This document shows positions 15,481 through 31,087 of a stretch of 64,000 nucleotides of DNA, piece by piece. The number at the start of each line of letters is the position of its first letter. The stretch's first letter is position 1. Location: the NCBI RefSeq assembly GCF_009914755.1, contig NC_060933.1. The stretch is one strand, 5' to 3'. This DNA comes from the human T2T-CHM13v2.0 reference genome, Homo sapiens. The position numbers and the translations under genes were made by a program. The notes beneath the pieces were generated by a model that worked only from the letters and a program-made list of their open reading frames with translations, was not told where the DNA came from and made no database searches.

Positions 15481-16389
15481 CTTTATTGGTTGTCCAGGAA
15501 TTCCATGATCTCCTTAATTATTGTGTGTTCCTGATTTTGAACCTGCCACAGTTTTTTGAAAGATTTCAGTGGAAAGATTACAGTCAAGAGTAATTCCAGG
15601 AAACAGTATGCTTAGTAGGATTAGACTGTTGTAATTTCCCCTCCAGCATCCTCACACAATAAGCACATTCAATAAACACATATACAATTTTCAGCAGCTC
15701 ACTCCCCTCTTGCTCCTCCCTCCTTTGAGAGAAAATGATTTGATAAATAACATGGTAAAATAAAACTGATTTTCTGTCTTAGTCCTCCTGATTGTTTGCA
15801 TTTTAAAAGGAGATGGATATTTAATTCTGAAGAAACGGATCTTTAATGGTGGAATTTCAGATATTTTGGTCCTTGCTTGGCAGGCACATTTTGAGAACAG
15901 AATCCGTTGCCCTCATTTATAAGTAGCAACCTCTTTTGGGTAAATGGTACCAAGCCTGATTCTTGCTTTTTGAAGTGCTTTAAGTTGTGTTTGATTCCAA
16001 ATACTATATTTGTGCACCCATTATGATATCAAATGCTTATAATAAAAGGTTATGTTGTCATAAAATATTACTATTCTATGGTGTTTCAAACATAGGCACT
16101 ATCGTGTATTTTAGTTCTGTTAGTTACTTGCTTTGGAAAGCACATGACCACCTACAAAGTTAACAAGATAATTTGGTAAATCTAGTTGCCTAAAATTAAT
16201 GTCCCCCAAACAACCGACTTAATCTGGGGAATTGTCCAGACCTCTGTCAGATAAAGCAGCTGTATAAAAACACATTGACAATAATTATGAAATCTACTAC
16301 AAGTTTTATCCACAAATTAGATCCTTTGCAAAATAGCATTTTCAAAAAGTGAAAATAAAGTGCTTCATCTTAACAGTATAGCTAGCTAG

Positions 16390-16714
<325 letters not shown>

Positions 16715-17059
16715 TGTTTCTGTCTTTCATAATAATTTCCAATCAGCCATTTCGTACTTTCATCAAGATGAAACTTGCTACACTGCTATTTTTTGTATTT
16801 TTATTCATCTAAAAAATACCTTTAAAAGCAGAGATTTAAAAGACAGCAGTCAGAAATAACTGGAAAACTGGTTTTTCAGAACATGTTTCTCAATGTATAG
16901 TTAAGACAGCTTTATTTTTTTTTCTTAAATGAACAGAACACTGCTGTTTTTATTCTCTGTAGTTCCTGATGAGTTGCTTTTTTAAAAAAAAATACACACT
17001 TTTTTTTTTTTTTTGCCAGTTGTAATCTTGGCGTAATACAGTGTTATGGCCTACTTTTC

Positions 17060-17650
17060 CCTCATTTTATTTATTTTAACAGTTGCCTCAAGAGCTAAAC
17101 TCTTGATGTGTGTTGTTCCAGACCTTTTGCTATGAAATTACATGCAGATATGTGTTTCTGTAGAAATGTGGTTTGCTTGGCTTTTTAACATAAGGGGTGT
17201 TGTAGTCAATGTATTGTTCCTCAGCACTTTCCTTTTTTCAATCAATGCTTGGTCTTAGAGATCTTACATGTTTAGTACATGTAGGTCTACTTTATTATTC
17301 TTAACTGGCACCTACTATTCCACAGTTTGGATGGAGCATGGTTTATTAGTTAATTTTCTTATTTATTGGCAGTCATGTTATTTTTCTTTCTTTCTTTTTT
17401 TTTTTTGATGTGACAAACAAATGCTGCCCTCTCCTTGTGCAATTGTGCTGGTGTTTTTCTGGGGAGATGAAAGCCTGCAAGTAAGGTTGTATTGAATACT
17501 GCCAAATTAACCCCAAGACTGGCTGCACCTGGTTACAATCCTAGCAGCAATGTATTCCTAGCAATTTGGTATTATCCAACATGTACATTTTTGTCTATTG
17601 GGTGGATGGGAAATGGAGTCTAGTGGTGGTTTTTATTTCCATTTCCATCA
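17060..17650 (-). mobile_element. Old L1ME-like fragment
   Basis: tattccacagtttggatg...aatactgccaaatt...ggaaatggagtctagtggtggttttta. Confidence 0.5.
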
Positions 17651-18411
17651 GAGCCAGCATGGTAAGGGAGGTGCCCCATCCAGCATCTGTGCAGTGCCTG
17701 AAGTGCCAGGTAACTGGACCATTTCATCCACCGTGGCTCTCTCCTCCCTCTGCAAGAAAAGTACAAGAGTGGGTCACAGGTCATAAGACAAGCCCCGGCA
17801 TAGTCCATCTCTGCCTAACAGCCACCTCACACTGAATCCCAATCAATCTCCACATAAAAACGCTGGCTTTTGTACAAACAGAGGTTCCGGTAAAGAGCCT
17901 TGTGACTTTCCTTCCTTGTAGTTACTTTCTCATTACTAGGCGATCTCCCCAAAATAAAACCAGAAAGCAGAAGGCCATTCCACCCTGCACTCTTGTTGAC
18001 ATGATGTGGGGACAATTGTGTTTCCACTTGGGCTGAAAAATGTGCTGCCTCCTTGGTAGGAAAGATTGGGGAATACGTCCTTTCTGTGCTAATGGGTGTG
18101 TACGTCCAGGTCTGCAAGTTTACACTGGCAGTAGTTGAGATTCACACAAAAGAGCAGTGCCTGACAATGCAAGGACTGGATTCACAGACGGTGCCCATCA
18201 AGATACCAAAGAGCCGATAATGTTAGGAAATTCGTCATGCAGAATTAGCTAACGATTTGATTTTGACCAGTTACATGATTGGCAGTTTATTATGAGGCAG
18301 AGGCTGTCATTACGTCACTTGAAGCAACTCGTCTACAGCAGCTGAAGGATGGAGGAATTGAACCCTACCCCATTTAGTGGCTGAATTCCAGTAAATGGAA
18401 AGAACCTAGTC

Positions 18412-18634
18412 CAAGCTTGTCCATCCCACAGGACTACAGCCACATGCGGCCCAGAATGACTTTGAATGTGGCCCAACACAAATTTGTAAACTTTCTTAAA
18501 ACATTATGAGATCGTTTTGGGATTTTTTTTAAAGCTCATCAGTTGTCGTTAGTGTTAGTGCATTTTACATGTGGTCCAAGACAATTATTATTCTTCCAAT
18601 GTGGCCCAGGGAAGCCAAAAGGTTGAACACCCAG
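18412..18634. mobile_element. MER30 hAT MITE
   Basis: caagcttgtcc...tgcggcccag...ggcccaacacaaatttgtaaactttcttaaaacattatgaga; 8-bp TSD acctagtc/gcctagtc. Confidence 0.85.
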
Positions 18635-18882
18635 GCCTAGTCCATTATTGACAGAAAATGTTAATGTGTCTATTAAGGAAGGAAAGCTCGTAATTTCTTG
18701 CTTCAGAAGTAATCACTCAATTCTAAATTATCCTCTCTTGTTTTGTACTCCATTTATTCTGACTTTGAGCAGGCACCAAACCTTTAGCACTTAAAAGAAA
18801 TGGAGATTGGCGAAATCATAACAAAATGATAGAATTTAAATTCTGGAAGTTGGAGGTCACGGAGCTCAACCCCTTCACTTTA

Positions 18883-18978
18883 TTTTTATTTTATTTTTTT
18901 GAGACAGAGTCTGACTCTGTTGCTCAGGCTGGAATGCAGTGGCGCGATCTCGGCTCACTGCAGCCTCCGCCTCCCGAC
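18883..18978 (-). mobile_element. 5'-truncated Alu (~95 bp) inside a MIR
   Basis: Alu 3' end only; perfect 16-bp TSD caaccccttcacttta at 18867-18882 and 18979-18994. Confidence 0.9.
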
Positions 18979-20033
18979 CAACCCCTTCACTTTAGATGTG
19001 GAAACTGAGGCCCCAGAGATGACTTGCCCAAGGGGACGGTATAGCCCTTCAAGACAAATACTGTCTGAAGTCAAGTTTTATTATTGTACTACTAACCATT
19101 TCCTGTCGCTGGAGTCATAGATCTCAGCCGGAGCTGGATTCTATGTTAGCTTCTTTGATGAATGGATTTCTCCCAACAGTGGGCCTGGGGTCAGCCATGC
19201 TGTGTTTCTGTTAGATGTTCCAGGAGCCCTTGCTGCTGCTGACTGGGAGGTGCTGGAGCTCACTGGGGTGAATCAGTTCATTTTTCATTTTCTCCACCTT
19301 GACTTCATGGAAGGTCACATGAGGTGGAATTGGGTAATTACTTATCTACTCTGAAAACACACCTGTATGGATTTGCACAGAATGTGGGCCTCCTGTGCTG
19401 CTGCTTTGTGCTTTGGGAACACAGTGGGGAGCTTGAGGCCTGTGGGGTGGAGCCTGCCTTGGTTGCAACCCAGCCCCGGCCTGCTCAGGCCCGCCCCTCC
19501 TCCCCTCTGTTGAAAGTGTGCTTTAATGAACAGTTTTTCTCATCGTTATCTTAAATGAGATGAAGGGAAAAGCAAAGTTTTTATATTAGGAAGATTATTT
19601 GGCCCATTTTTTCTCCTCTCCTCTCCACAGGGACATGAACTACTGGGAAAAACGAGATTTCTTGAAAACTCTTTGACATCTGGGTGTCTGGTAGCTTTCA
19701 AATTCCCAGACCCTATGATTCCATTTCAGACTCTACCATTAGATGCCCTAGAGTCTGTGGAAGTCAGTATCCTCTCCACAGCCTGTTGGAAGCCTCTCTG
19801 CTGGCCCGGGACAGACCATCCTTCCCCTGCGCTCTGCTGTGTTGGGGCCCAGAAGGCTCCGCAACAAGTGGTTGATTTAAAAGAAAACCTGGAATTTTAC
19901 CAAGCAGCTTACACTGTGTTGACTGAAACACTCAGAATCTGCCAGGCAGCAAACAGTTGAGTGGCCACCCAACACTTTACTCCACCCAATCACACAATGG
20001 GTCCTTAAAGTCTCTCCCTTTAAAAACAAAACA

Positions 20034-20162
20034 GGCTGGCGCGGTAGCTTATGCCTGTAATCCTAGCACTTCGGGAGGCCAAAGTGGATGGATCACTTGA
20101 GGTCAGGAGTTCGAAACCAGCCTGGTCAACCTGGTGAAACTCTGTCTCTACTAAAAATACAA

Positions 20163-20205
<43 letters not shown>

Positions 20206-20372
20206 GCCGGGCGTGGTGGTGGGTGCCTGTACTTCCAGGTACTTGGAAAGCTGAAGTAGGAGAATCACTTGAATCCGGGAGGCAGAGGTTGTGGTGAGCT
20301 GAGATCGTGCCACTGTACTCCAGCCTGAGCAACAGAGTGAGACTCCATCTTAAAAAACAAAACAAAACAAAA
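20034..20372 (+). mobile_element. AluS with expanded linker and (AAAAC)n tail
   Basis: Full dimer. Confidence 0.93.
20163..20204 (+). repeat. (AAT)14 microsatellite
   Basis: Pure run within the Alu linker. Confidence 0.95.
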
Positions 20373-20383
20373 ACACACACTTG

Positions 20384-20656
20384 CCAGGTGCAGTGTCTCA
20401 CACCTGTAATCCCTTGAGGCCAGGAGTTTAAGATCAGCCTGGGCAACAAAGCCTTTCTCTTCAAAAAATAAAACAATTAGCTGGCATGGTGACGTATACC
20501 TGTAGTCCTAGCTACTTGGGAGGCTGAGGCAGGAGGATCTCGCTTGAGCCCAGGAGTTCGAGACTGCAAGCCAACTGTGACAGCCCCATTGCACTGAAGC
20601 CTGGGAGAGCAAGACCCTCTCTCGGGGAAAAAAAAACCCCAAAAAACCCACAAAAA
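20384..20656 (+). mobile_element. AluJ with internal deletion
   Basis: cctgtaatccc joined directly to ttgaggccaggagtt. Confidence 0.85.
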
Positions 20657-20659
20657 ACT

Positions 20660-21370
20660 TTTCTGAAGTATGATTGACAATACCGAAAGCTGTTCTTATT
20701 TAGTGTATACAACTTGGTGAGTTTGGAGATAAGTATACACCCGTGACACGATCACCACAATCTGTGCCACAAACCTACCCATCACCTGCAAAAGTTTCTT
20801 ACTGTCTGCTTTATTATTTTGTTTATTCATGATAAGAACACTTGACATAAGACCTACCCTCTTAGCAAGTTTTTAAGCATAAAATACAGTATTGTTAACT
20901 GTAGGCACTAAGCTGCACAGATTTCTAGGACTTATCTTGTGTAACTGAAACTTTGTACCCTTTAAGCACTTCCCTGTTTTCCCTTTCTCTCAGGCCCTGT
21001 AGCCACCATTCTACTCTGCTTCTGTGGGTTTGGCTATTTTAGATTTCTCATGTAAGTGGAAATCACAGAGTACTTGTCCTTCCGTGTCTGGCTTATTTCA
21101 CTTAGCACAGTGTCCTCCAGGTTCATTCCGTTGCAAATGGTAAGATTTCCTTCTTTTTAAGGCTGAATAATATTCCACTGTATGCATATAGCACATTGTC
21201 CTTATTCATCTGTCTGTCAGTGGACATGTAGGTTGCTTCCATGCATTCCTTGGGTACTGTGACTAGTGCTGCAGTAAATATGGGTGTGCAGATACCTTTT
21301 CAAGATCCTGATTTCAATTCTTTGAATATACACTCAGAAGTAGCATTCTTGGATCATACAGTAGTTTATT
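20660..21370 (-). mobile_element. L1MA/MB 3' UTR fragment
   Basis: aatacagtattgttaactgtaggcac...ggcttatttcacttagc...ttttaaggctgaataatattccac. Confidence 0.85.
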
Positions 21371-21619
21371 GAAGTCTCTTCTGCTTGGAAAGTGGAAAGA
21401 TGTGGGAATTTGGGTCTCTTGGATATCTCCTTACTCAGCTCATTTTTAGAAGGCAAACCTGCAACTCAGTTGATGCCTTAGACTTCAAAGCTGTCTTTTT
21501 GCAGCAAAATCATGATTATCTAGAGAGATACTTGGGCAACAGATTTGTGGATGTGAAGAAGAGGAAAGCTCACTGCAGAGGTCTCTCTGGGTCAGCAGGA
21601 GGCAGCGTGAGGAACACCA

Positions 21620-21870
21620 CCAGCAAGCTTGTTGTGATGCACTGTGGTCTCTTGTGAACAGTCCCACATTCAGATCCTGAGTACAAATTCTGGCTCTGAT
21701 ACTCAGCAGTCATGTGAGCTTGGGCATGTTAATCTGAGTCTGTTTTTAAAATCTGTCAAGTAAGGATGTTAATATCCACCTCCCCAAAGGGTTTTTGTGA
21801 AGATGGTAAAGTATAGTGCCTGGAACATGATAGGGGCTCAACGAATGATAGTAATTATTATTAATAATTA
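21620..21870. mobile_element. MIR
   Basis: aattctggctctgatactcagcagtcatgtgagctttgggc...gtgcctggaacat. Confidence 0.65.
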
Positions 21871-23179
21871 TGCTAATAAATAATGTGGACTGAACTTCAT
21901 TTCACAAGCCTGCTTCCCCAAGTCAGCATTTACCAGCTCCTGCCTTAGGCTGGTAGATGAGCCTTCCTAAGAATTCCTGTTTCATTTCCCCAGCATCTCC
22001 TAGCCCCGACTCATTAAAGAAAGCATCTCACTCCTGCAGTTCAAGTGAAAAGCAGTGTTTCCAGAAACGACTGTTTTCTTGGACTTCCTTTTATTCTTGC
22101 TTTCTGTCTTTTTCTATCACTTTTTGTTACTACAAAAATGTTTCGTCCTTTATTGTTTCATAGTTGTTTTGATATAGAAAATTATAAGTGCTTCTTAAAT
22201 AAATGGATGACCTTGGTTTAGGATTATAAAAAGTATATCCCCCTTACTACCAGGCATATTAGTTAGCTAATGCTAATATTTGTGTCTTTTGCCTTTTCTC
22301 TCAATTTTATCTGATTCAGTATTACAACTAGTAATATTTGCTAATGGAAATAATTAAAAGTTCATTTTATTAAAATTTCTGACAAATAATTAAATCCTAG
22401 AGCCTCATTGAAGCACTAGACAACATGAGAGTTAACTGCTAGCAAAAAATAAATTTATTTTAATATATATTTTTCTTTAAATACCAGTCATTTCTGTTTG
22501 GCTGTAAGGACTACATTCAAGTTAAGCTCCTGGAAGGCAGAGTTAAAGAAAAATGATTTTGAGATTAGCTCACTGGTAAATCACTTTGAAAGGCTAAGCC
22601 TCTGGTAAGCTGGAAACACAGACCAGACATGGACAGTAACCTTAATCAGCAAGAATGCGTCTTTTCTGTAAATTATGAAAATTTGATGTAGTAAAAATAA
22701 AACTTGATTTATCCACTTACCTAGCAGTGCATTCTGTATACTGAATGGTACAGATGACACTTCAGCAATTTGCCCTGCCCCTAAAGATGACATCTCTGCA
22801 ATGTCTAGAAGCTTCCTCTTTAAAATGAAAATATCAACAAGAGGGTTGGCAGCATGAAGCTTGCATGTACCTCTTGGGTAAATTAGTTTAATTGAATGCT
22901 TTTCTTTGAAGAGCTCCAAGCAATATACTTAAAGAATAAAACTGTTCTGGAGCAGATTGAGGGAGGGTATAAGTTGTAGTTTGACAGAAATGAGACCCTG
23001 GGAGTGGACCAGGGGCCACAGGATACCTAAGAACAGAAAAGAAGCACAGATGTGAGGAAGATGCAGAGGACCAGGCAAACACATAATAGAGAAAAAATGG
23101 CACCTTCTTCTGATTCTGTTTCAGGTAGTCCCTGGTGCCAGTTTGAAGCACTTACTGATTATCTGCTCTCTTCTTACAG

Positions 23180-23480
23180 GAAGGGAGGGGGGCCAGTGTC
23201 CATTCAATGCCTGTTTTGAGCTAAGGAGCTTGCTATGCTATGTATATATTTTTAAAATCACAACAGCCTTTAACATTGTTGTTTTCCTTTAATAGATGAG
23301 GAATTGAGGCTCAGAGCTGTTAAATGATTGCCCAGGGTCCCATAACTAGTAAGTGACCCAGCCAGAATGTAATCCCAGGTGTGTCTGATTACAGGTGTTT
23401 TTCTTCTGAGAACAGAGCCTTGTTTCATTCACAGCCATATCCCCTGTATCTCGAACAGTGCTGGGCACAGAGCAGATGCT
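23180..23480. mobile_element. MIR plus L2 3' end
   Basis: agatgaggaattgaggctcagag; acagtgctgggcacagagcagatgctcagtaaatgtt. Confidence 0.65.
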
Positions 23481-25054
23481 CAGTAAATGTTCTGTGAATT
23501 ACGTAACCAAATTAGCGCCACAGTGCCTTTTATGCGTGAGTTTTAGTTAGTTGTGGAGGTAGATTAAGAAATAAAAAGGACTAACAGTAGTCATTGTTTT
23601 CCTTAGAGTACTCGGCTCCCAAAGAGGCTCTTCCAACACCTTGGACGTGAGATAAAACATGTTCTAAAATTTATACTTTTAAAATTACGGTGTAATCAAA
23701 AGGCCAGGCAGCCCGTAAACCTGAGAATTTGTGCAATTGGACTAACATTTCTGATTCCCAGGAAGCTTGCGCCTAACAGTGGAAAGCATTTTTACATGTA
23801 AATTGGTCAGTTTTGAGATGAGCTGATAATTTCTGAAATTAGCAGATTACTTATGCTTGAAGGAGCTGAGGTCGCCATTTGTTATCTGACTGCTCTTTGC
23901 CCTGAGCTTCGAAGCCAGCCAATAATGCAGTGAGTGCTGGACTTCCACTCTTTTTTTCAAATTAAAGATTTAATTACAGTCTTCACTGAAGATGAACCAA
24001 GTGTGAAAATACCTGATCTACTTGGAATGTGGGATCAGGGAGGAGTGTGTGGGTTGGAGTCAGTGCCTGGGCATTTAAATACTTTCAACAGTAACATTAA
24101 GGGTGAAATTAATTATATTGTGACCAAATGTTGGCGTGTTGGTTAGGCAGAGTCAGTGAAATTTATGTTCTTTTTTTGTTGATCATTTTTTAAAGCCGAA
24201 AGGGTTTTTTTCCTTAGGAGATATTCTCATAGCCTATAGACTTAAATCTTTAAGACTTCAAAGGTTTTGAAAGATACACATCTTTGAAATGTGTAGAGAC
24301 TTTCTTTGTGGACTGGTACATGGTTATTTTGCATACATGCTTTGTGTGTCCCTGTGAAGAATGCGGATTTGTTCATTGTTGGATGCAGAATTTTATATAC
24401 GTGGAGTCAAGCTTACTTATCTTGTTTACATTTTCAGTCAATTAATAATGAAAGTGATCTATCTAAAACGTATCTGACGGCCACCCCTTATCTATTTTTC
24501 TAAGGTAGTAGCTTTAATAAGCCTCCTTTATTATGGAGAAAAAAAAAAGTCTGTGTATCTTTTTGGTCTTCTAGCTTTAGTCATTCTGATATTTCTGTTA
24601 GTGTCTGGAGTTTAGTTATACCCATCCAAGGACAGAGTTTAAGGGTAGATTCGAGCTGCCTCATTAACTCGCCATCATTGAGAAATGATCTGTTTCACAT
24701 ACATGCATTTATTTTCTAAATGATGAAAATCTTCTCTTGCAGTTGTCAAAGGCCTCTGCCCCCCCGACCTTTGATGACAGGAAAGTTTATCAAGTGGATT
24801 CTTCTCTCTCGCCTGCAGGAAGCTGACCCATTCTTGAGGTTTTGGATTCGTTGCCACCTCTGTTGTTGTACTCCCTCTCCACTGCTGCTTAAGCTGCTTC
24901 TTAGTTTTCCTCGCCCCTTCCTTGACGTGGGGCCAGCAATCATCTCTTCTCTCTTGCCAGAGCTGCCTCTCCACCATTCTTTCCATGCATACTTACCTAG
25001 TGTGCTGATCACGATTGGTCTAGGAAACAGATTGGCTGGCTTTGTCTCATGACA

Positions 25055-26400
<1,346 letters not shown>

Positions 26401-26623
26401 GGAGAGTACTGTGGCCTGAGGACTGGGGAGGAGGGAGAGGGTAGGGCATGGGCACTTGTCCAGTGCTCCTGAGAGAGGGCAGGAAAGAGCAGGGCAGGCC
26501 ACTGGCATTGGTGACCAGCAGGTTACATGTGAGCATGAGGAAAGTTTTCTGGGAGTTCGACAGTAGCCAGTTTGCCAGCATTACTGTGTAATAAAATAGA
26601 GACAGGACAGTAGGTCATGACTA

Positions 26624-26970
<347 letters not shown>

Positions 26971-26994
26971 CAGCAGCAAAAAACTAAATCCTGC

Positions 26995-27937
26995 GTTTCA
27001 CACCCATTATGATGGCTGTCATTTAAAAAATAATCAGTGAACGGAAAATAAGTGTTGCTGAGATGTGGGTAAGTTGGAACTCTTGTGCATTACCAGTGGG
27101 GATGTGAAATGATGTTGTGGAAACCCATATGGCAGTTCTCAAAAAATTAAAGATGGAATTACCATACGGTCCAGCAGTTCTGCTCTGGGTAAATACCCCA
27201 AAGAATTGAAAGCAGGGTGTCAAAGAGATATTTGTACACCCATGTTCATATCAGCGTTATTCAAAGGTGGATGCAACGCAAATGACCATTAGTGCATGGA
27301 TGGATAAACAAAAGGTGTATACTTATACAATGGAATGTTATTTCGTCTTTAAAAGGAAGGAAATTCTGATGTATTCTACAACATGGATGAAACTTGAGAA
27401 CGTTATGCTAAGTAAAATAAGCCAGACACAAACGGACAAATACTGTATGAGTCCATTTATATGAGGTACCTACAGTAGTCAAAATCGTAGAGCCAGAAAG
27501 TAGAATGGTGGTTGCCAGGAGTTGAGGGGAGAAGAGGATGGACAGTTGTTGTTTAATGGGTACAGAATTTCAGTTTGGGAAGATGAAGAAGTTTTGGAGA
27601 TGGATGGTGGCAGTGGTTGTGAATGTACTTCAAATGCATGTATTTCACTGAACGCTACACTTGAAAATGGTTAAGGGCCAGGTGTGGTGGCTCATGCCGG
27701 TAATCCCAGCACTTTGGGAAGCTGAGGCAAGAGGATCACCTGAGCCCAGAAGTTTGAGGCTGCAGTGAGTTATGATTGAGCCATTGCACTCCAGCCTGGG
27801 AGACAGAGCAAGACCCTGTCTCAAAAAAAAAAAAAACAAAAAACAAAAAACCCAAAATTTAAAAGGCCATACAGACAATTTTTAAATGATGAAATGATAA
27901 ATGTTCTGCTATGTGTATTTTACTACAATAAAAAATT
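26995..27937 (+). mobile_element. L1MB 3' end with an Alu monomer (27676-27850) inserted
   Basis: aatacccaaaagaattgaaagcaggg...atgctaagtaaaataagccagacacaa...tgtgtattttactacaataaaaa. Confidence 0.88.
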
Positions 27938-28204
27938 AAGCAAATGCTGGAAGAAGCCAATTTGTTGACCAGGGGAAGAAATAATTAAATAAAAATTTAT
28001 CTCATGCTTTGGTAAATAACTGCCAGCCTTTCTTTCCTTAAGTTCAGAGCCTCGCTCTCTTGACCCAGTACCAACAGGCCCTTTCTGGGATCATCTCACC
28101 CAGAGATCATAGGTGGTTGTTCTGAGAAGCCCCTTAAGAAAGTCTACAATTAAGTTTGGCTTCAGGTGGGCTGCAGCTAGGGAGAAAAAGGAAACCCTTT
28201 TTTG

Positions 28205-28402
28205 TTTTCCCTTTAATTTTTATTTTAGATTCAGCGGGTTCATGTGCAGGTTTGTTACGTCAGCATATTGCATGAAGCTGAGGCTTGGGGTATGAATGAT
28301 CCTGTCACCCAGGTACTGAGCATAGTACCCAACAGTTAATTTTTCAACCCTTGCCTCCCCGCCAGTAGTCCCCAGTGTTGATCGCTGCCATCTTTATGTC
28401 CA
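28205..28402 (-). mobile_element. Short L1PA16/L1PB-like 3' end
   Basis: catgtgcaggtttgttac...ctgtcacccaggtactgagcatagtacccaacag. Confidence 0.8.
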
Positions 28403-28973
28403 TACCCAATGGAACATCTTTTCTTGAAGGCAGACTAAAATACCTGTTGAAACATGAGCATGAGCTCACCTGTCCTGAAACAATTAAAAATATCATAAAC
28501 ACCTGGAGAGAAGAAGGCACAGTAACAATAACATTCCATGAATGCCTTATATTGCCTACAGACTAAACCTCTTTAGGGTTAAAGTCCTTTCTTGGGGCTA
28601 ATTGGACAGAAGATACCACAAAAATGTTTTAAGAAATACATGTATTAAAGAATTTTAGCAATTGGAGTCTTATGCAATGTATAGAAATATTATTTCAGAA
28701 AAGCCTACACAGTCTGTGCTGTTATTTTCTTATTTCTCTTCAGCCCTAATGTGAACCATTCCTAAACAGTGTGCACTTGCTTCTGTAATCTGAACTTACC
28801 TTATCATCCATGATGGCCGTGTTATATTTAGGTGGTAAAATAACATGTGCAACTTTGAGTAGGCATGTATTCTCCTGTCTGGAAATGCCTAAAATGTTCA
28901 ATCTTGATTGTTTTTCGATCCGTAGATGTTCTATTTAGATGTGTCCTGGTATTTGCTTCCTCCTTCTATTTTA

Positions 28974-29303
<330 letters not shown>

Positions 29304-29431
29304 TTATGAATCTTAAATTTTCATTAATGCTAGTTATAAAGAAACAGAAGGAAATAGTTGGCATAGTATGATAAGCCAACATTGAAGTTTTGTGTGTTAC
29401 ATGTAATGTTCACCCTAAATAGTATTAATAG

Positions 29432-29927
<496 letters not shown>

Positions 29928-30767
29928 AGAATATTTTTAAATGAAAAACTTTCTAAAAACCATATAGCTAAAGATGCACATCCTAAGTGTAAATATTTTG
30001 TTAATCATTGTGTTTTATTAGAGATTATATAAATCTAAAGTGAAAGGCTAACTGCAGTTTGTGGATTAGATAGGAAACCAAGCTCATTGGCGCTCTGGAT
30101 GAGAAGGCAGTGTTGACATTATTGTGACCAGCTCCTCTGGCAGTGGTGTTGACTCCAAAACTGTAATCCTTTTTCTTAGCCTTAACGAGATGCCCATCAA
30201 GGTTGGGATTTCCATCACACCTTACCCTTTCAGACTGGAGCATCTGTGATTCTTCTGCAAGGCTGCTTTAAAATTTTCTCATACTGCAAAATATCTGGAC
30301 AGCCAACCTAGTTTGTAGAGTGGCAAATGTCACAGCCTACTTTATGGGTTTGATTACTTTTGTATCTGAGAAAACAGCTTTCCCAGAATCAAATGATAAG
30401 TCTATTTCAGAGACGACTCGTAGAGCATCTTCTTTGCCCAGCCTGCCTTCGTTACTGAGATGATCACGTATATATTTAAGTCTGTTTTCAAATGCACTTG
30501 TGGTGTGTGTGGCCAACCCAGTCATGGCACCTATATGTGGATCTGAGCACTCATTTGCATTGCACAGAGTCCCTGAGGAACTCATTAAAAGCTGGGGGCC
30601 TTTGGCCTGGGCTGACAGGGTCCTGGTGCCACCACTTGTCAGAGGGTGTGTTTGATGCTGCTTTTCCCTTTGCCTCTGTGTCCAGGCTTTGCATAGAGTC
30701 ACTATGTAGTCACTACAGGCAGAATTGATTCAAACACTTGTACTCTAAACTCCTTAAACTGGTTTTA

Positions 30768-31087
30768 TTGTTGTTGTTGTTGTTTTGTTTTGTTTTTTGT
30801 TTTTTGAGATGGAGTCTTGCTCTGTTGCCCAGGCTGGAGTGCAGTGGCACTATCTTGGCTCACTGCCACTCTGCCTCCTGGGTTGAAGCGATTCTCCTGC
30901 CTCAGCCTCCCGAGTAGCTGGGATTACAGGCATGTGCTACTATGCCCGGCTAATTTTTGTATTTCCAGTAGAGATGGGGTTTTGCCATGTTGGCCCAGGC
31001 TCGTCTTGAGCTCCTGACCTCTGGTGATCCACCTACCTCAGCCTCCCAAAGTGCTAGGATTACAGGCGTGACCCACCGCACCCAGCC
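30768..31087 (-). mobile_element. AluS with (TTG)n/(TTTTG)n tail
   Basis: Full dimer, 16-bp TSD ccttaaactggtttta. Confidence 0.93.
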
